Shown here in pieces: positions 39,413 to 48,750 of a stretch of 64,000 bases of DNA. Each line of letters opens with the position of its first letter. The first letter of the stretch is position 1. The stretch spans positions 10,488 through 74,487 of the forward strand of contig JAJECI010000007.1 of NCBI GenBank assembly GCA_022822065.1, in the 5' to 3' direction. The translations under genes were made by a program, and so were the position numbers. A model generated the notes under the pieces. That model saw nothing but the letters and a program-made list of their open reading frames with translations. It was not told the origin of the DNA and made no database searches. The DNA is from Candidatus Dadabacteria bacterium. Lineage in GTDB: Bacteria; Desulfobacterota_D; UBA1144; Nemesobacterales; Nemesobacteraceae.

Positions 39413-42085
39413 CTAAGGCAGCTTGTCCGGGGAGAAGCTTTCTTCGGGCTTCAGGATGGCGACGGCGGCCGCTTCGGGATTTATGTATTTCCCGGCTACC
39501 CTCGCCACGTCATCCGCCGTAACGGCAAGGATTTTTTCCGGGAATTTCCTGTATTCGTAAGCACCTATCCCGTAAAGCTCGTCAAACCCTACTGTGGCCG
39601 CCTGGGCGGAGTTTCTCTGAAGCCCTATCTCGAAGCTGCCGACTATGTAGTTCTTCGCCCTCTCAAGTTCCTGCTCCTCCACGCCTTTCAAAACGAGTCG
39701 CAACTGTTCCCTTATCGCTTCGAGCGCCTCTTTTTCCTTCTGCGGCGCGGTTCCTATATAGACGCCGAAATAGCCGCCTTCCATCCCCGGAACATAGAAC
39801 GAGGTAACGGCGTAGGCGAGGCTTTTCTTGTCCCGAAGCTCAATGAAAAGTCTCCCTCCCTGTCCGGAAAGCACAGTATTCAGCACCTCGAACGCGTAGC
39901 GATCCCGGCTTTTAAAACCCGGGGCGTGGTAGCCCGCGATAATGTGGGTCTGGGCCTTCTCCTTCTCAAACTCGATGTTTTCCCTCGCCGCGGAAAGCGC
40001 GGACTCGCGAGGCAGGCGGACATTCTCGAAACCGCTTTTTTTCATGCCGCCGAACAGCTTTTCAAGAACGCCAAGGGTTTTCTCCGCATCAATGTCGCCC
40101 GCAACGGAGATGACCATGTTCTCGGGCCTTATGACTTTTTTGTAAAACTTCCTGACATCGGCCGAGGCAAAACCGTTTACGGTTTCCTCGGTTCCCAGAA
40201 CGTTGAACCTGTAGGGATGCTTCAGAAAAAGGGTCTCGAGAAAATTCCTGACCGTCTCTCCCGTGAGGTTGTCCTTCTGCTTTTCCAGAGCGGCAAGGAT
40301 CTCTCTTCTCTCCCTCTCCATTTCCTCATCGGAAAAAGAAGGATTAAGGATCACGTCCGAGAAGATATTCATTGCCCCTTCAAAGTTCTCGCTTAAGGCC
40401 GAGAGAGTCACCCCGACACTGTTTTTCCCCGAAAAGCCGTCAACCGTTCCCCCAAGCCCCTCTATCTGAGTGGCTATGTCCTCCGCGGAGCGGCTCGAGG
40501 TGCCGCGGGTGAACATCCCGGACATGAAATTCGAAATTCCGTTTGTGTTTTCGTTCTCATACCTGAGGCCCCCCAGAAACGCCGCGTGAACGGAGAAAAG
40601 CGGAACGGCCGGATTGCGTTTCAAAAGAACCCTGATTCCGTTTGAAAGCTCGTATTTCTTAAATTCCGCCTGCGTTGGGGAAGCTTTTTTCTTTTCTTTT
40701 TTCTGGGTCCCTCCGGGAAAAACAAGGGCTTTTCTGAAGTCCTGCTCAACCCCATCGGTTTCGTCTTTCGGAAGCAGCACTCCCGCGGTGAGATTTCTCT
40801 GGGTCAGGTATTTTCTGGCCACGCGCAATATGTCTTCCGGGGTAACGTTCCTCATCCTCTCAAGGTAGAGGCGTTCGTAGCCGTGATCTCCCGTTTCAAT
40901 CTCGAAGTAACCGAGCTTTCTCGCCTGTCCCTGCATGGTCTCCTTGGCGCGGATGAAGTCCCTTTCTATGTTAGTCTTGGCACGGGCAAGCTCCTCGACC
41001 CCGACGGGTTCGTTCTTTATAAGCTCTATCTCCGCCACTATCTCCTTTGAGGCTTTTCGGACTTTACCAGGATCAAGAACTCCGCCCACCAGGAAAAGAC
41101 CGCTTTCCTTGAGGCTGTAAGCGTAGGCGTATATATCGTTTACGGTGGCGTTCTGCTCCTTTAGCTTTCTGTAGAGTCTTGAACTTTCCCCTGTACCGAG
41201 TATGCCGCTTATAACGTCAAGAACCGGTGTGTCGGCGTGGCTCGCCGAGGGGGTGTGAAAGGCGAAACTGAAGTAGCCCGTGTTTACGTCGCGGCCGATA
41301 ACGAAGGTTCTTGTGCGTTTCTGCTCGGGCTCCGGGGAAAGTTCGCACTCAGGAGTTTTTCTTTTCTTTATTTTTCCGAAAGTCCGGGCCACCGCGTCCT
41401 TTATTCCCTCAGGATCAAAATCTCCGACCACGACCAGAATCATGTTGTCCGGGGAATACCACTTTCTGTAGAAATTCAGTATTCCGTCTCTGGTGAAGCT
41501 CCCAACGCTCTGCTTGGTCCCTATTATGGGCCTTCCGTAGGAGTGAATGCTGTAGGCCGTGGAAAAAAGCTTCTGGCTGAGCACCCTTGAGGGGGAGTCC
41601 TCTCCCCTTCTTATCTCTTCTTGGACAACCTCAAGCTCCTTCTCAAGCTCCGCGGGGTCAAAAGTCGAGTTCTCCATGACGTCTGAGAGCACGTCAAGCG
41701 CCATGGGCAGAAAGCGCCGTGCGCTTACGATGTAGTAAACCGTCTCGTCAAAGGAGGTAAACGCGTTTATGTCTCCGCCCCCCGCCTCAACCATCCCGGC
41801 TATCTCGCCGACCTGCCTTCTTTGCGTCCCCTTGAAGAGCATGTGTTCGTGCACGTGCGCGAGGCCATACTCGCCCTCCACCTCGCACGCGCTTCCGGTC
41901 TTCACCCACACGTTAACGGCGACAACCGGAGAAGAGTCGTTTCTCTCAAGAAGCACGGTCATGCCATTAGAAAGACTGTATTTCGTGACCCCTTCGACAC
42001 CCCCAAATGTCTGCGCGTTTAAACTCATAAGACTTGCTCCCGCAATCAGAATGAACAAAAAAAGTAATTTGAAAGCCCCTTTCAT
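39413..42085 (-). CDS. M16-family (pitrilysin/PqqL-like) zinc protease, exported
   Basis: Signal peptide, inverted zinc motif HVHEHMLFKG, NAFTS, and a second non-catalytic M16 half with LRDKKSLAY. Confidence 0.93.
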   Translation of the reverse strand: MKGAFKLLFLFILIAGASLMSLNAQTFGGVEGVTKYSLSNGMTVLLERNDSSPVVAVNVWVKTGSACEVEGEYGLAHVHEHMLFKGTQRRQVGEIAGMVEAGGGDINAFTSFDETVYYIVSARRFLPMALDVLSDVMENSTFDPAELEKELEVVQEEIRRGEDSPSRVLSQKLFSTAYSIHSYGRPIIGTKQSVGSFTRDGILNFYRKWYSPDNMILVVVGDFDPEGIKDAVARTFGKIKKRKTPECELSPEPEQKRTRTFVIGRDVNTGYFSFAFHTPSASHADTPVLDVISGILGTGESSRLYRKLKEQNATVNDIYAYAYSLKESGLFLVGGVLDPGKVRKASKEIVAEIELIKNEPVGVEELARAKTNIERDFIRAKETMQGQARKLGYFEIETGDHGYERLYLERMRNVTPEDILRVARKYLTQRNLTAGVLLPKDETDGVEQDFRKALVFPGGTQKKEKKKASPTQAEFKKYELSNGIRVLLKRNPAVPLFSVHAAFLGGLRYENENTNGISNFMSGMFTRGTSSRSAEDIATQIEGLGGTVDGFSGKNSVGVTLSALSENFEGAMNIFSDVILNPSFSDEEMERERREILAALEKQKDNLTGETVRNFLETLFLKHPYRFNVLGTEETVNGFASADVRKFYKKVIRPENMVISVAGDIDAEKTLGVLEKLFGGMKKSGFENVRLPRESALSAARENIEFEKEKAQTHIIAGYHAPGFKSRDRYAFEVLNTVLSGQGGRLFIELRDKKSLAYAVTSFYVPGMEGGYFGVYIGTAPQKEKEALEAIREQLRLVLKGVEEQELERAKNYIVGSFEIGLQRNSAQAATVGFDELYGIGAYEYRKFPEKILAVTADDVARVAGKYINPEAAAVAILKPEESFSPDKLP

Positions 42086-42112
42086 CGACTCCAGCCTCCA
42101 GAGGAAAAACCC

Positions 42113-42946
42113 CTAGGATTCGTCGCCAGCCAAGGCTTCTGACTCTTTTTCCCGCGATGTCGCCTTCGCGGCCAGCTTCCAGGCACAACGTCCGAGCTCG
42201 AGGATGAAATAGCAGTAAGTTATAACAACTGCTACCACTCCGGGATTGGTAATAAGTGCGGCAATTATGATGGAGCCCGCGACAAGAGTGCTGAAAGGTC
42301 CGAATCTGGCGATGCGCGGGAACTTCCTGTATGGAACCTCGCTAACCATAACAAGTCCCACAATAGGAATGAAAAAAAGATAAAAAGATTTCATAAGAGG
42401 CGTAGTGATGATCTGGAACTCGGAGAGAATAAGTATCGGAGAGAGAATAAGTCCCGCGGCCATAGGACTCGGAAGACCCGTGAACACGCGCTTTTCCTTG
42501 GTCGTAAACTGCACGTTGAAACGCGCAAGCCTAAGCGCTGCGCAGACCACGTAGAAAAGCATCGCCATCAGTCCCGGATTTCCGTATTCCGAAAGCCCCC
42601 AAGCGTAAAGAAGCACTGCCGGGGCAACCCCGAACGATACAAGATCGCAGAGTGAATCATAGGACGCGCCGAAGCGGCTTTCCGAGTTAAGAGCTCTTGC
42701 TATTCTGCCGTCAAGCATGTCGACAAGCACTGCCATGCCGATAAATGCAGCTGCCCACCAGAAGCGATTGAAAAGCCACTGCTCAGAAACTGCGGCTGAG
42801 GTATGATCCCCGTGAATGGAGATCGAAGTCACTATGGACGCAAGCCCGAGCGTAAGGCCCACAGTCGTGAGCATATTCGGCAGCAGGGGAATAAGCCTCC
42901 CCGGACGGGGGGATCTTCTCCTTCTTTTTTTTCTCAAGTTAGCCAC
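42113..42946 (-). CDS. pssA: CDP-diacylglycerol--serine O-phosphatidyltransferase
   Basis: LPNMLT, CDP-alcohol motif DMLDGRIAR...GASYDSLCDLVSFGVAPA, RLARFN, FTGLPSP. Confidence 0.95.
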   Translation of the reverse strand: MANLRKKRRRRSPRPGRLIPLLPNMLTTVGLTLGLASIVTSISIHGDHTSAAVSEQWLFNRFWWAAAFIGMAVLVDMLDGRIARALNSESRFGASYDSLCDLVSFGVAPAVLLYAWGLSEYGNPGLMAMLFYVVCAALRLARFNVQFTTKEKRVFTGLPSPMAAGLILSPILILSEFQIITTPLMKSFYLFFIPIVGLVMVSEVPYRKFPRIARFGPFSTLVAGSIIIAALITNPGVVAVVITYCYFILELGRCAWKLAAKATSREKESEALAGDES

Positions 42947-43581
42947 GCTATAACCGTCCTTCCGGCCACGACTTTCTGCCCTACCTCGACACCCACCTTA
43001 ACATCCTCGGGCAGGTAAACATCCACCCTTGAACCAAACTTTATAATCCCGAATTTTTCCCCGATTTCCAATACGTCGCCGAATTTCGCACGCGATACGA
43101 TTCTTCTCGCGAGAAAACCAGCCACCTGAACTATAACCACTTGGACTCCGCCCTCGCACTCAATCAGGGTGGCGAGCCGCTCGTTGGCCTCGGACGAATC
43201 ACCCCTGAAAGCCATTTTGAATTCCCCGGGGTAATAAGTGGTTCCGGCGACCTTGCCCGAAACGGGAAATCTGTTTATATGGCAGTCGAAGATGGAGAGG
43301 AAAATGCTTATTCTTCGGGTGTTCCGCTTAAGATAGTCGTCTTCAAAGGTCTCTGAGATATCTATTACTTTTCCGTCCGCGGGACAGATCACGGAACCGG
43401 GCTCAAGCGGAGGAAGCTCCCTTTCAGGGTCTCTGAAAAAAAAGACGGAAAAAGCGGTAAGCAGGAGAACCACTAAGAATAGAGAGAAAGAACCCAAAAG
43501 CGCGAGGAGAATACAAAGCGCGGCTGAAACATAAATTATACTTAGCCCCTCGCTTGCGACCCTCACAAATCGGAAATCCAT
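42934..43581 (-). CDS. psd: Phosphatidylserine decarboxylase proenzyme
   Basis: FFRDPER, PADGKV, self-cleavage motif KFGSRVD; upstream of pssA. Confidence 0.95.
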   Translation of the reverse strand: MDFRFVRVASEGLSIIYVSAALCILLALLGSFSLFLVVLLLTAFSVFFFRDPERELPPLEPGSVICPADGKVIDISETFEDDYLKRNTRRISIFLSIFDCHINRFPVSGKVAGTTYYPGEFKMAFRGDSSEANERLATLIECEGGVQVVIVQVAGFLARRIVSRAKFGDVLEIGEKFGIIKFGSRVDVYLPEDVKVGVEVGQKVVAGRTVIAWLT

Positions 43582-44597
43582 CAATTCTTGTCTTTATCGA
43601 CCAGTTTCTTCTGGAAAAGCGAGCTCATCATTCCCCTAAGCTCGGCGCCGACTTTTTCGATCGGATGTTCCTCACCCTGCCTGAGAAGCGCGTTATAGGA
43701 GGGCCTTCCGGCCTGATTCTCAAGTATCCATTCCGAGGCGAACTGTCCGGACTGGATCTCCCCTATTATCTTTTTCATCTCCTGTTTTACGGAGTCGTTT
43801 ATAAGCCTTGGGCCCCTGGTTATATCTCCGTATTTGGCCGTATCGCTCACCGAGTAACGCATGTTGGCTATTCCGCCCTCGTATATGAGGTCAACTATAA
43901 GCTTGACTTCGTGGCAGCATTCGAAATAGGCCATCTCGGGCGGATAACCGGCCTCAACAAGCGTTTCATACCCGGCCAGGATAAGGGCCGTGAGTCCTCC
44001 GCAGAGAACTGACTGCTCCCCGAAAAGATCTGTTTCCGTCTCGTCCTTGAAAGTCGTCTCTATAACTCCCGCCCTTGAACATCCGATGGCTCTGGCGTAA
44101 GCAAGAGCAAGGTTCTTGGCGTTGCCTGTTGGGTCCTGGTGAACGGCCACGAGTCCCGGCACACCGGCACCTCCGACGTACTGGTCCCTTACCGTGTGCC
44201 CTGGAGCCTTAGGAGCAACCATGAACACGTCCACGCCCGCGGACGGCCTGATCTGTCCGTAGTGAATGTTAAAACCGTGACTGAACATAAGCGCATTTCC
44301 GGCAACCAGGTTCTTTTCGACATGCTCATGGTATATCGCTGGCTGATAAGTGTCCGGAGCCAGCATAACCACTATGTCCGCGGATTTTGAAGCGGCGGAA
44401 ACCGACTTCACGTTAAAGCCAGCTTCCTTGGCCTTTTTCCAGTTGGCGCTGTCCTTAATATCCGCGACCGTGACCGAGATTCCGCTGTCTCTTAGGTTCT
44501 GGGCATGAGCGTGGCCCTGGCTTCCGTAGCCTATGATCGCAATCTTCTTTTTCTTAAGCTTAGACGGGTCAATATCCTCATCGTAGTAAACTTTCAC
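43581..44597 (-). CDS. ilvC: Ketol-acid reductoisomerase
   Basis: [36 protein letters not shown]. Confidence 0.98.
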   Translation of the reverse strand: MKVYYDEDIDPSKLKKKKIAIIGYGSQGHAHAQNLRDSGISVTVADIKDSANWKKAKEAGFNVKSVSAASKSADIVVMLAPDTYQPAIYHEHVEKNLVAGNALMFSHGFNIHYGQIRPSAGVDVFMVAPKAPGHTVRDQYVGGAGVPGLVAVHQDPTGNAKNLALAYARAIGCSRAGVIETTFKDETETDLFGEQSVLCGGLTALILAGYETLVEAGYPPEMAYFECCHEVKLIVDLIYEGGIANMRYSVSDTAKYGDITRGPRLINDSVKQEMKKIIGEIQSGQFASEWILENQAGRPSYNALLRQGEEHPIEKVGAELRGMMSSLFQKKLVDKDKN

Positions 44598-44612
44598 CGG
44601 TTATATCCTCCT

Positions 44613-45107
44613 TTACTTGCTCTTCTTGCTCGCCCGGGACATGGCGACGGTTCCCGTTCTCGCGATTTCCTTTATCCCGAAAGGTCTTTGAAGTTCAACA
44701 AACGCCTGAATCTTCTGCTCATCCCCTGTGACCTCGAACGTGTAGGATCTCGGGGACACGTCGACGACCTTGGCTCGGAATATGTCGGCGATCCGCAGAA
44801 TTTCCGGCTTGGAATCGGCCTTCGCGTCGACCTTGATGAGAACCATCTCTCTCTCCACGCGGTCAAGTTCGGTCATGTCGACAACCTTGATCACGTTGAC
44901 CATGTTGTTGAACCTTTTGATTATCTGCTGGATTATGGCCTCGTCGCCGGTTGTGACCAGAGTTATTCTGGACGTCCCCGGTTCCTGGGTTTCCGCGACG
45001 TTAAGACTCTCAATGTTAAAATCCCTCGCGCTGAAAAGCCCGGCGATTCTTGAGAGTACTCCGGCTTCATTGTCTACCGTTATGGATATGGTGTGCCTTG
45101 GTTTCAT
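44613..45107 (-). CDS. ilvN: Acetolactate synthase small (regulatory) subunit
   Basis: VDNEAGVLSRIAGLFSARDFNIESL ACT domain; EIARTG. Confidence 0.96.
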   Translation of the reverse strand: MKPRHTISITVDNEAGVLSRIAGLFSARDFNIESLNVAETQEPGTSRITLVTTGDEAIIQQIIKRFNNMVNVIKVVDMTELDRVEREMVLIKVDAKADSKPEILRIADIFRAKVVDVSPRSYTFEVTGDEQKIQAFVELQRPFGIKEIARTGTVAMSRASKKSK

Positions 45108-45213
45108 GGAACCTCCAAACTATGGTGAAAAAATTATCAGGGAACCGAATTATACCGAATCCCCGAAAAATGTTAATACCCCCGACCGCAGAATCAGCCG
45201 TCGCCCAAGCCTC

Positions 45214-45534
45214 TCAGTTCTCCGCAGTTTCCTTAAGAATTTCCCCGAGTTCCCCGTTTACGTGCATGTCGGTGCATATATCGCATCCGCCTATGAAATT
45301 GCCGTTAACGTAGAGCTGCGGAAGCGTCGGCCACTGCGAGTAGTCCTTTATTCCCTGGCGGATCTCCGGGTCCGAAAGAACATCGACGGTCTCGTAATCC
45401 ACCCTGTAGAAGTTAAGGATGTTAACCACCTGTGCTGAAAAACCGCACTGCGGCGCCTCCTTCGATCCCTTCATGTAGAGGATAATAGGATTCTCTTCGA
45501 TCTGACGCCCTATTTTTTTCTGTATATCCGACAT
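45214..45534 (-). CDS. grxD: Monothiol glutaredoxin (Grx4)
   Basis: MKG...PQCGFS, WPTLPQLY, GGCDI. Confidence 0.96.
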   Translation of the reverse strand: MSDIQKKIGRQIEENPIILYMKGSKEAPQCGFSAQVVNILNFYRVDYETVDVLSDPEIRQGIKDYSQWPTLPQLYVNGNFIGGCDICTDMHVNGELGEILKETAEN

Positions 45535-45545
45535 TGCCCCGCTCC

Positions 45546-45788
45546 TTACTTTTTAAGTTTCTCCCATTGATCGTCCGTGTAGGTTTTTATAGAGATGGCG
45601 TGAATTTCGGATTCCATAGCGTCCCCGAGCGCCGCGTAAACAAGCTTGTGACGCTCAATAGGCGGCTTGCCCCTGAACTGTTCGGATACGACGACTGCCT
45701 GAAAATGCGTTCCGTCCCCTTCAACCTCGACAAATGACGCCTGAATACCCTGCTCTATCATCTCGCGAATCCGTTGCGTTTCCATCAC
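45546..45788 (-). CDS. BolA/IbaG family protein
   Basis: GDGTHF, RHKLVY, IHAISI; adjacent to grxD. Confidence 0.93.
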   Translation of the reverse strand: MMETQRIREMIEQGIQASFVEVEGDGTHFQAVVVSEQFRGKPPIERHKLVYAALGDAMESEIHAISIKTYTDDQWEKLKK

Positions 45789-45912
45789 AGCGGGGAATTA
45801 TATACGCATATCAGTACGTTTCCAAGAAAGGAAACCCAGCGCAAACTGCCTTGCAAAAATCCCCGGCTGTCTTATTCTTAATCTGTTCGAAAAAAGAGGT
45901 TTCCACACGCAG

Positions 45913-46356
45913 ATGAAAGTAAAAGAAATAATGAGCAGTCCCGCGGTCACCGCCAACGAGAACGACTCGCTTGAGCAGTGCGCGCGCAAGATGCTTGAGC
46001 TCAGAATCGACCAGCTTCCTGTGGTTAACGACGACGGAGCGCTCACAGGATTCATATCCGCAAGCGACTTCGTCGCCAAGAAAACCACCGTCTCCTTCTC
46101 GAGAACCGAAATCCTCGAACTCTTCGGACAGTGGTTTGACCAGGGAGAAATTGGAAAGATATACGAGGAAGCCGGACGCATCACCGTAAAGGAAGTAATG
46201 AGCAGCCCAGCTATATCCATCGGCCCGGACGCATCGGTAAAAGATGTGTTCGAAGAATTAGCCGGAACCGGCTTCCACAGCGTTGTCGTGGTCGAGGAGG
46301 AAAAACCCGTGGGGCTCGTCTCGGTATCCGATTTTCTGAAACTGATCGTAAGATAA
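45913..46356 (+). CDS. Tandem CBS-domain protein
   Basis: Two CBS repeats (VKEIMSSP...LPVV...GFISASD; VKEVMSSP...GLVSVSD). Confidence 0.92.
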   Translation: MKVKEIMSSPAVTANENDSLEQCARKMLELRIDQLPVVNDDGALTGFISASDFVAKKTTVSFSRTEILELFGQWFDQGEIGKIYEEAGRITVKEVMSSPAISIGPDASVKDVFEELAGTGFHSVVVVEEEKPVGLVSVSDFLKLIVR

Positions 46357-46381
46357 TCCACCTTCGGCCCGCCGCGCCATC

Positions 46382-46750
46382 ATGAAAAGCTTCGGAGTTT
46401 CAAAGGAAAAACAGACGGCACTTGAGCGCGAAATGAAGCGTCTCGGCATAAGGGAAGAGGATATCGAGGAAACTTTCACGAGATCTTCGGGACCCGGCGG
46501 ACAGAACGTAAACAAGTTGGCCACCTGCGTTCACCTGCGACACCGCCCAAGCGGCATTAAGGTGAAGGTTATGAGGGAGCGCTCCCAGGCGCTTAACAGG
46601 TTCCTCGCGAGGAGAAGCCTCGTCGAGAAAATCGCGACGCAGATTCACGGAGAAGAATCCGCGGAAAGAAAAAAAGCGCGAAAAATAATAAAACAGAAAA
46701 AAAGAAGAAGAAGAAAGACGGCGAAAAAGCTTGCCGGGAACGCCCAATGA
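46382..46750 (+). CDS. Stand-alone GGQ peptidyl-tRNA hydrolase domain protein (class I release-factor homologue)
   Basis: RSSGPGGQNVNK, HRPSGI, RSQALNR and a highly basic C-terminal tail. Confidence 0.9.
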   Translation: MKSFGVSKEKQTALEREMKRLGIREEDIEETFTRSSGPGGQNVNKLATCVHLRHRPSGIKVKVMRERSQALNRFLARRSLVEKIATQIHGEESAERKKARKIIKQKKRRRRKTAKKLAGNAQ

Positions 46751-46774
46751 TAAACCGCCAACTGTCGAGTGATA

Positions 46775-47299
46775 ATGAAAAAGAACCCTAGATTGCTTTG
46801 TCAATCATTGTGCTTAACGCTTCTTCTGCTGCTTTGCCTGACCTCGGCACGAGCCGAAACCCTGACCGGCAAGCCTTATGTAACAGACGGCGATACGGTC
46901 AAAATTTCGGGGGAACGGATCAGGCTTGAAGGAATTGACGCACCGGAAAGAAATCAGCGGTGCAAAGACGCCTCCGGAAAAGGCTACGACTGCGGACTTG
47001 TTTCAACCGCGGCTCTTAAAACCAAGATAGGGCGCAATTCCGTTACGTGCGAGGGCACAAAGCGCGACCGCTACGGACGCTTTCTCGGAATCTGCTACCT
47101 AAACGAGCTTGACTTAAACGGCTGGATGGTCCGAAACGGCTACGCTCTCGCCTACACGCGCTACTCGCGCCGTTACGCCTCCGCCGAGCAGGAGGCCCGC
47201 GAAAACAGCCGCGGCCTGTGGGACGGGGAATTCGTCGCACCCTGGAACTGGCGAAGGGGAGAACGGCTCACGACCACGCCTCCACCTCCCAGTCAGTGA
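46775..47299 (+). CDS. Thermonuclease (SNase-like), exported
   Basis: Signal peptide ending ARA, DGDT, IRLEGIDAPE, DRYGR, GLW...PWNWR. Confidence 0.93.
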   Translation: MKKNPRLLCQSLCLTLLLLLCLTSARAETLTGKPYVTDGDTVKISGERIRLEGIDAPERNQRCKDASGKGYDCGLVSTAALKTKIGRNSVTCEGTKRDRYGRFLGICYLNELDLNGWMVRNGYALAYTRYSRRYASAEQEARENSRGLWDGEFVAPWNWRRGERLTTTPPPPSQ

Positions 47300-47349
47300 G
47301 TCGGCTGTAAAGCGTTGAAAAACCAGAAGTTTGTGTCAATCTTACCTGC

Positions 47350-48630
47350 ATGGAAAACGAAACAGCAGATTCCCCCGAGGAAAGCCGCGGACTCTCCGAA
47401 GACTGGGTGGTTTTCGGACCGGCTTTCATCCTTATCGCCCTGGGACTTCTTTTTCCCTATCTTTCTCTTCCCAAGTTTTCGTGGACCCCGGATTCCGTAG
47501 GCAAGGTCTTAACTGCAGAGAACATATTTCTTTCCCTCTCACTGGGAGTGGTCTTTTTGTTTTTCTCAAGCTTTGGAATCCGTATGATGGGCGGATCAGT
47601 CACCCGCTACGTCGCGGGCTTTCCCATAGTCTTCGCCCTTGCGTGGGCGTCCAAGTTTCTCGCCGGAAACGCAGTGGCCAAGGAATGGGGCGTAAGCTAC
47701 GTCATCTTTGCCCTTTTAATCGGAATGTTCGTCGGCAACGTTTTCCCTAACCGCTTCCGAGAGGCGGTCCGCACCGAGTACTACATCAAGATCGGGCTCA
47801 TAATCCTGGGCTCCGGCATCCTGTTCGGCAAGATACTCTCCGCGGGATCGGCGGGGATTCTGCAGGCCCTGTTCGTTGTGCTCGTCATCTGGTACGCATG
47901 CTACTGGATCTGCAGGAAGTTTGCTGTGGACTCCGAGTTTGCCGCCATGCTCTCCACGGCCGTTTCCATCTGCGGAGTCTCCGCAGCCATCGCCGCCTGC
48001 GGGGCCATAGGGGGAGACAGGAAAAAACTCTCCTACGTAACTTCTCTCGTCCTCATAGTGGCCGTCCCCATGATGCTGATCATGCCATGGGCCGTAGAGC
48101 ATTTCCAGATTCCCGCGGTGATCGGAGGGGCATGGATCGGAGGAACCATTGACACCACCGGAGCCGTGGTGGCCGCAGGGGAACTGGTGGGAGAGTCGGC
48201 AATGAACGCCGCCGTGGTGGTGAAGTTTTCGCAGAACGCCATGCTTGGTCTCGCGGCGTTTGCTCTTTCTCTTTGGTGGACATTCCGCCAGGGCGCGGAT
48301 GAAGGAGTAAAGCCGTCGGCAGGGGTAATCTGGGATCGCTTTCCGAAGTTCATTCTGGGTTTCATGGCTGCATCGCTTCTTTTTTCCTTCGTCGTGGGAG
48401 ACGACCTCGTCTCGCAGACAAAAGGGCTCATGAAAGGACTTCGGGGCTGGTGGTTCGCCCTTGCTTTTGTCTGCATAGGTCTTGAGACCCGCCTTTCCAC
48501 TTTGGTCGGCATGGAGGAAGGCCGCCCAGCCTATGCGTTTCTCATAGCGCAGGGAATGAACGTCATCTGGACACTGATAGTGGCGTGGATTCTCTTCGGC
48601 GGTTTATTATTCCCCGCCCCCGTTCTATAA
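47350..48630 (+). CDS. YeiH/UPF0324 putative sulfate/sulfite exporter family membrane protein
   Basis: Polytopic protein with YIKIGL, SICGVSAAIA, GGTIDTTGAV, RFPKFILGF, FVCIGLET. Confidence 0.88.
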   Translation: MENETADSPEESRGLSEDWVVFGPAFILIALGLLFPYLSLPKFSWTPDSVGKVLTAENIFLSLSLGVVFLFFSSFGIRMMGGSVTRYVAGFPIVFALAWASKFLAGNAVAKEWGVSYVIFALLIGMFVGNVFPNRFREAVRTEYYIKIGLIILGSGILFGKILSAGSAGILQALFVVLVIWYACYWICRKFAVDSEFAAMLSTAVSICGVSAAIAACGAIGGDRKKLSYVTSLVLIVAVPMMLIMPWAVEHFQIPAVIGGAWIGGTIDTTGAVVAAGELVGESAMNAAVVVKFSQNAMLGLAAFALSLWWTFRQGADEGVKPSAGVIWDRFPKFILGFMAASLLFSFVVGDDLVSQTKGLMKGLRGWWFALAFVCIGLETRLSTLVGMEEGRPAYAFLIAQGMNVIWTLIVAWILFGGLLFPAPVL

Positions 48631-48750
48631 AAGCGTTTTGATCCTGCCGGGGGTTCCGACAACACTTGGCACGTGTTAAGTTCTTGTTATTGCCAAACCC
48701 TCAAAGCCAAGTACCTTAATCCGACAAATATCCACAAGGAGCACAGATAA

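Noticed and set aside
39272-40396. 374-aa plus-strand ORF
   Set aside because: Mostly antisense to the M16 peptidase and overlaps the mscS end; no recognisable domain.
48666-48682. TTGGCACG as a sigma54 -24 element
   Set aside because: The -12 position reads AAGT rather than TTGC; too weak to call.
48631-48750. Cobalamin riboswitch ahead of the Btu-like ABC operon
   Set aside because: The region is short and lacks the conserved GGGAA and B12-box elements.
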